DNA of 64,000 nucleotides from Hyphomicrobiales bacterium. Lineage in GTDB: Bacteria > Pseudomonadota > Alphaproteobacteria > Rhizobiales > JAJFHB01. Shown here one piece after another: positions 60,568 to 64,000 of the stretch. A program made the position numbers and the translations under genes. The DNA is taken from NCBI GenBank assembly GCA_021775615.1, contig JAJFHL010000308.1, forward strand, positions 298-64,297, written 5' to 3'. A model generated the notes under the pieces. It had not been told where the DNA came from. It saw only the letters and a program-made list of their open reading frames with translations, and searched no databases. Position 1 is the first letter of the stretch. Each line of letters opens with the position of its first letter.

Positions 60568-60692
60568 AGCTTGTTGCGTTCAATCTGCACCGGCCCACGC
60601 CCCCTGCCCAACCACCCCTAGGGTACCTTTGTCGGGTGGTTGGGCAGGGGGCGTGGGCTGGCGCCGAATCACATAAAGCGGAACGCGCTTTA
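60565..60692. repeat. 128-bp palindromic intergenic element, copy 2
   Basis: TAAAGC...GCTTTA ends; central stem ccggcccacgccccctgcccaaccaccc / gggtggttgggcagggggcgtgggctgg; homologous to 34920-35046. Confidence 0.85.
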
Positions 60693-61439
60693 AAGCGCCT
60701 GGCCTTCGACCTCGATCTCCAGTTCCCTGATCAACCGGGATACACCGTCCAGGAACGGATGGATGCTGATGGCGCGCCGGTAGGCGTCCAGCGCCGCCTT
60801 GCCCTTGCCCTGCGCCTTGCTTATCAGCCCCAGCCCGCTCAGGGCGCCGAAATGGCGGGGTTCCAGTTCAAGCACCTTGTTGATGTCACGCAACGAGGCA
60901 TCATATTGCTGGCGGATGTAGAGCACGGTCGCGCGCTTGTTCCATCCTTCGACGTAGTCGGGTTGCAGTTCGACGATCGAATCGAGAATCGCAAGCGCGG
61001 CATCCAGACGCTCGTCGTTCATCGCCTTGATGGTCTGCTGCATCAGAACATCGATCGTGTCGCTGCCGGAACGCAGCCAGATCTGCCATACGGCGCTTTC
61101 CAGGAGCTCGGCGTTCTGCTCGTTCTCCGCCCTGGCCAGACGTTCGAACAGGGAATCGAGCAGTTCGGATCTGCGCTTCTCAAGCTCCGCGGGCGTTTCC
61201 GCCGGCGTCTCCGGAGCGGCCTGTGCGATCACCGGTGCGGCGATGGCAGATGGCGCTGAAGGAAAGAGTGCCTGTACCGCCAGACACGATGAAACGGCCA
61301 CTGCCAGCCCCGCATGGCGCAAGGTCCGGAAGGCCCGGGAGGAGGTCAATTGAAACGGAACGTGCAACATCACCGCATAAATAGGACACCATAGCGGCAA
61401 CGTCAAAGCAAACGCCCACACGATGGCGTGTGGGCGCAC
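60690..61439 (-). CDS. Tetratricopeptide repeat protein
   Basis: LDSLFERL...W.RSGSDT.D.LM, PDYVEGWNKRAT and LEPRHFGALSGLG motifs; the true start is probably downstream of 61439. Confidence 0.88.
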   Translation of the reverse strand: MRPHAIVWAFALTLPLWCPIYAVMLHVPFQLTSSRAFRTLRHAGLAVAVSSCLAVQALFPSAPSAIAAPVIAQAAPETPAETPAELEKRRSELLDSLFERLARAENEQNAELLESAVWQIWLRSGSDTIDVLMQQTIKAMNDERLDAALAILDSIVELQPDYVEGWNKRATVLYIRQQYDASLRDINKVLELEPRHFGALSGLGLISKAQGKGKAALDAYRRAISIHPFLDGVSRLIRELEIEVEGQAL

Positions 61440-61464
61440 TTCAAATCCACGATGCGGCGTATCG

Positions 61465-61590
61465 TCAGCCCTGACGGGCTTTGAAGCGCCGGTTTGTTTT
61501 GTTGATGACGAACAGCCGCCCTCTGCGCCGCACGATGCGATTATCGCGGTGCCGGCCCCTGAGCGACTTTAGAGAGTTGCGGACTTTCAT
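61465..61590 (-). CDS. rpmJ: 50S ribosomal protein L36 (type B, zinc-free)
   Basis: Not in ORF track (41 aa): [41 protein letters not shown]. Confidence 0.97.
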   Translation of the reverse strand: MKVRNSLKSLRGRHRDNRIVRRRGRLFVINKTNRRFKARQG

Positions 61591-61699
61591 CGGTATAACC
61601 TTACATTTTTTCGCGGCGCTGCTGACAACGCCGGTGTAATTTGGCGCGGAAGATAAGGTTGGCGTGCTCTTGTGTCAACCACCGCTGAACAGATGGAAC

Positions 61700-61930
61700 A
61701 TGCCCGCATACCTGTCCTTAGACTTCGTGGTGACGATCTTCGGCCTCGTCGCCGCGTTTGCCGGCGTTGTCTTCCTGATATGGATCGAGCGGCGACCCCG
61801 CGAACCGGGTAAACCGCTGCTCTTGCCCACCACACCACTGCTTTTCCTCTGCCTCCTGGTGATGGTCATCGCCATGGCGCACATGGTCACCCTTCTCACC
61901 GGCGTACCGCATCGCGGCAGGCTCGGCTGA
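61700..61930 (+). CDS. Small two-TM hypothetical membrane protein
   Basis: Two hydrophobic segments separated by an RRPREPGKP loop; 76 aa. Confidence 0.7.
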   Translation: MPAYLSLDFVVTIFGLVAAFAGVVFLIWIERRPREPGKPLLLPTTPLLFLCLLVMVIAMAHMVTLLTGVPHRGRLG

Positions 61931-61950
61931 CCTCAAGACCCTTTTCATGG

Positions 61951-61967
61951 TTAAGAGAATATTTAAC
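61951..61967. promoter_or_regulatory. CtrA-like box upstream of the response regulator
   Basis: ttaagagaatatttaac (TTAA-N7-TTTA, one mismatch). Confidence 0.5.
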
Positions 61968-62063
61968 CCTGATAATTTAGCTTGAAGGCAGATATGGCAT
62001 CTCTGGAATGGCGGGGCCGCCTCTGCGCGAATTTGCATGCCTGGCGGCAATCCGAAGACATTT

Positions 62064-62624
62064 ATGGGTAAGCAGTACGACCTCAGTTCCCTCTCATTCC
62101 TGGTGATCGACGACAACAACTACATGCTGTCGATCATCAAGACCTTGCTGAAGGGTTTTGGCGTTCATCGCATTTACGAGGCATCCGACGCGGCGGAGGC
62201 GTTCGAAGAATTCCAGAACAGCCAGATGGACGTGATCATTGTCGACTATTCGCTTGAGACCCTCGACGGGATCGAGTTCTCGCATCTGGTGCGCACCGCC
62301 AATGACAGTCCGAACCCCTATGTTCCGATCATCATGCTCACCGCGCACTCCGAGCGGCAAAAGGTGGAAGAGGCCCGCGACGCCGGGGTCACCGAATTCC
62401 TGCGCAAGCCGATTTGCGCCTCCGACCTCTACCGCAGGATCATCGAAGTCATCGAACGTCCCCGTCCCTTCGTGCGGTCCAAATCCTATTTCGGCCCCGA
62501 GCGGCGCCGCCGCGATGACGAAAACTACCGCGGTCAGGAGCGACGGAAAGCCAATCTTCAAAACACCGAAGAGCAGACGCCGGTCGACGTGACGGCGGAG
62601 ATCACCACCGACGCCTGCGCCTGA
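62064..62624 (+). CDS. CheY-like response regulator with Arg-rich tail (Cle-like c-di-GMP effector)
   Basis: REC domain (VIDDN, IIVD, MLTAH, KP) followed by RPFV...YFGPERRRR..YRGQERR. Confidence 0.85.
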   Translation: MGKQYDLSSLSFLVIDDNNYMLSIIKTLLKGFGVHRIYEASDAAEAFEEFQNSQMDVIIVDYSLETLDGIEFSHLVRTANDSPNPYVPIIMLTAHSERQKVEEARDAGVTEFLRKPICASDLYRRIIEVIERPRPFVRSKSYFGPERRRRDDENYRGQERRKANLQNTEEQTPVDVTAEITTDACA

Positions 62625-62725
62625 CCGGCTTCGCCCCGCGCCCGCGTGCGACCGACCGTTATCATTGCGAAAAACGCAAAGTGGCTTAAGTTGAGCTTCC
62701 GCCCATCAGGAAGCCCTGTCCCGAC

Positions 62726-64000
62726 ATGGAATTCTCGTTTCTCTCCTTTTTCATTGGCATAGCCGTGATGATGGCCATCGTCGCCGCGGTCGCCTATTGG
62801 GGCGATGAGGACGGAGAAGCTGCCGGCAACGAGTTCGATCATTCCGATCCGGCGTTGCGGGAAATGTACAAGATCGCGGCCAAGCTCGATTCGTTCTTCC
62901 AGGTGGCGGCCCACCCCAACGACCTCATGACCCACGCCCTGTTCGACAAGGGCGCGCGTAGCTTCGTCGACGGAGAGTTCTCGGAAGACGATCTTCTGAG
63001 CTACGCGCGCGGCGAGAACGCCATGCTCGCGTGCATAGCCATCGAAGCCATCCGGCGGAAGTATGACGCCCCGCACACGCGCACACGCCTGCTGCATTCC
63101 TTCAGCTCGATGGCGGTGCCGCCCTATTACGTCGCCCTGCAGTATCTCAGCCAGGCGACGCCCTATGAGGAACCGCTGGTGGGTCAGGCCATAATCGAAT
63201 CGGCCGACCATTTGTGGAACGACACGGTGAAGGGATATCTCGAGGACGTGGTCCGCGCCCGGGTTGCCGGCGGCGAGGCTCTCACCTTCGCCGATCATCT
63301 CTCCCGCATGGACGAGAACGACGTCTACGAGATCGAGCAATTCATCTCGTCATTGAGCGGCATCGACACGGCGCTGCTCAAGGACGAGATGAAGTCGCGT
63401 GCGGTCAGCACCGCCGATCCGGGGCTGCTGCGCACCATAGGCAAGGTCTGGGATGCGCGAACCCTGGCCCAGTCCGACAGCATCGTCGAGCACGGCACGC
63501 TGACATCCCTGCTGCAGCGGCTGGAGAGTTCCTTCGAGGCGGACCCGGCGAAATCGGCCCTGGTGGTCGGCGAAACAGGGGTCGGAAAATCCGCTGCAAT
63601 CTCCAAGCTCGCAAGCCGCCTCAACGGCAAGGGCTGGACCGTCTTCATGGCGGGGCATTCCGAGCTGATCGCCGGGCAGATGTATATCGGCCAGTTCGAG
63701 GAGCGCCTCAATCAGCTGATCGAGCATCTGGTGGCGGCTGAGAAGACCCTTTGGTTCATTCCCGCCTTCGACACGCTCGCCTTTTCCGGCCGCCACAAAT
63801 ACAGCCCCGTCAGCGCACTCGACACGATCCTCCCCTATGTCGAGAGCGGTGAAGTGAAGATCATCGGCGAGGTGTCGAGATCCGCCTACGAGCGTCTCAC
63901 ACTCAGCGATCCAAGGGTTGCGAGCGTCTTCTCGATCAACAGGATCGAACCGCTGCCGGTGACCGAGACCCTGGATCTCGGCAAACAATGGCTCGCCCAG
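62726..64000 (+). CDS. Membrane-anchored ClpA/ClpB-like AAA+ ATPase (3' end runs off the window)
   Basis: Not in ORF track. Open frame from ATG 62726 to the window end: MEFSFLSFFIGIAVMMAIVAAVAYW..., Walker A GETGVGKS, pore loop LIAGQMYIGQFEERL. Confidence 0.85.
   Translation, partial: MEFSFLSFFIGIAVMMAIVAAVAYWGDEDGEAAGNEFDHSDPALREMYKIAAKLDSFFQVAAHPNDLMTHALFDKGARSFVDGEFSEDDLLSYARGENAMLACIAIEAIRRKYDAPHTRTRLLHSFSSMAVPPYYVALQYLSQATPYEEPLVGQAIIESADHLWNDTVKGYLEDVVRARVAGGEALTFADHLSRMDENDVYEIEQFISSLSGIDTALLKDEMKSRAVSTADPGLLRTIGKVWDARTLAQSDSIVEHGTLTSLLQRLESSFEADPAKSALVVGETGVGKSAAISKLASRLNGKGWTVFMAGHSELIAGQMYIGQFEERLNQLIEHLVAAEKTLWFIPAFDTLAFSGRHKYSPVSALDTILPYVESGEVKIIGEVSRSAYERLTLSDPRVASVFSINRIEPLPVTETLDLGKQWLAQ

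Noticed and set aside
61465-61590. Zinc-free L36 (and L31 at 26117) as a sign of a zinc-starvation paralog system
   Set aside because: Cys-less forms are the normal versions in Alphaproteobacteria.
62558-63988. ORFs 62558-63340, 63214-63741, 63325-63711 and 63350-63988
   Set aside because: Alternative frames overlapping the real plus-strand Clp-like gene starting at 62726.

Overview
GC-rich chromosomal segment of an alphaproteobacterium, most likely Hyphomicrobiales, judged from gene order. It is mostly core genome: ruvCA-yebC, TIGR00282-ygfA-6S RNA-zapA, tkt-gap-pgk-fba-thiE-Sel1-efp-suhB, a MotA/TolQ-like plus OmpA/MotB-like pair, ABC exporter-rpmE, rcdA, trcR, prpE, purE-rpsU, pntAB, pepF-tacA-L,D-transpeptidase-DUF882-gapR, pyk, rpmJ. 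I found no rRNA, tRNA, CRISPR array, transposase or prophage. Three real CDSs are absent from the ORF track: ruvA, rpmJ and a window-truncated membrane-anchored Clp-like ATPase. The notable observations are: (i) a cell-cycle regulatory hub with a consensus sigma-54 promoter before rcdA, a ~100-nt candidate sRNA with a CtrA-like box just upstream, and CtrA-type boxes before tacA, DUF882, a Cle-like regulator and an orphan helical protein; (ii) an insertion after suhB carrying a CarH/LitR-type B12 photoreceptor, an SH3-MliC fusion and a secreted protein whose Cys-repeat tail continues past an in-frame TAG; (iii) several small palindromic MITE-like elements, one nested inside another, whose ends coincide with host stop codons; (iv) a membrane-anchored TPR-CHAT protease. 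All family assignments come from motif recognition by eye, not database searches.
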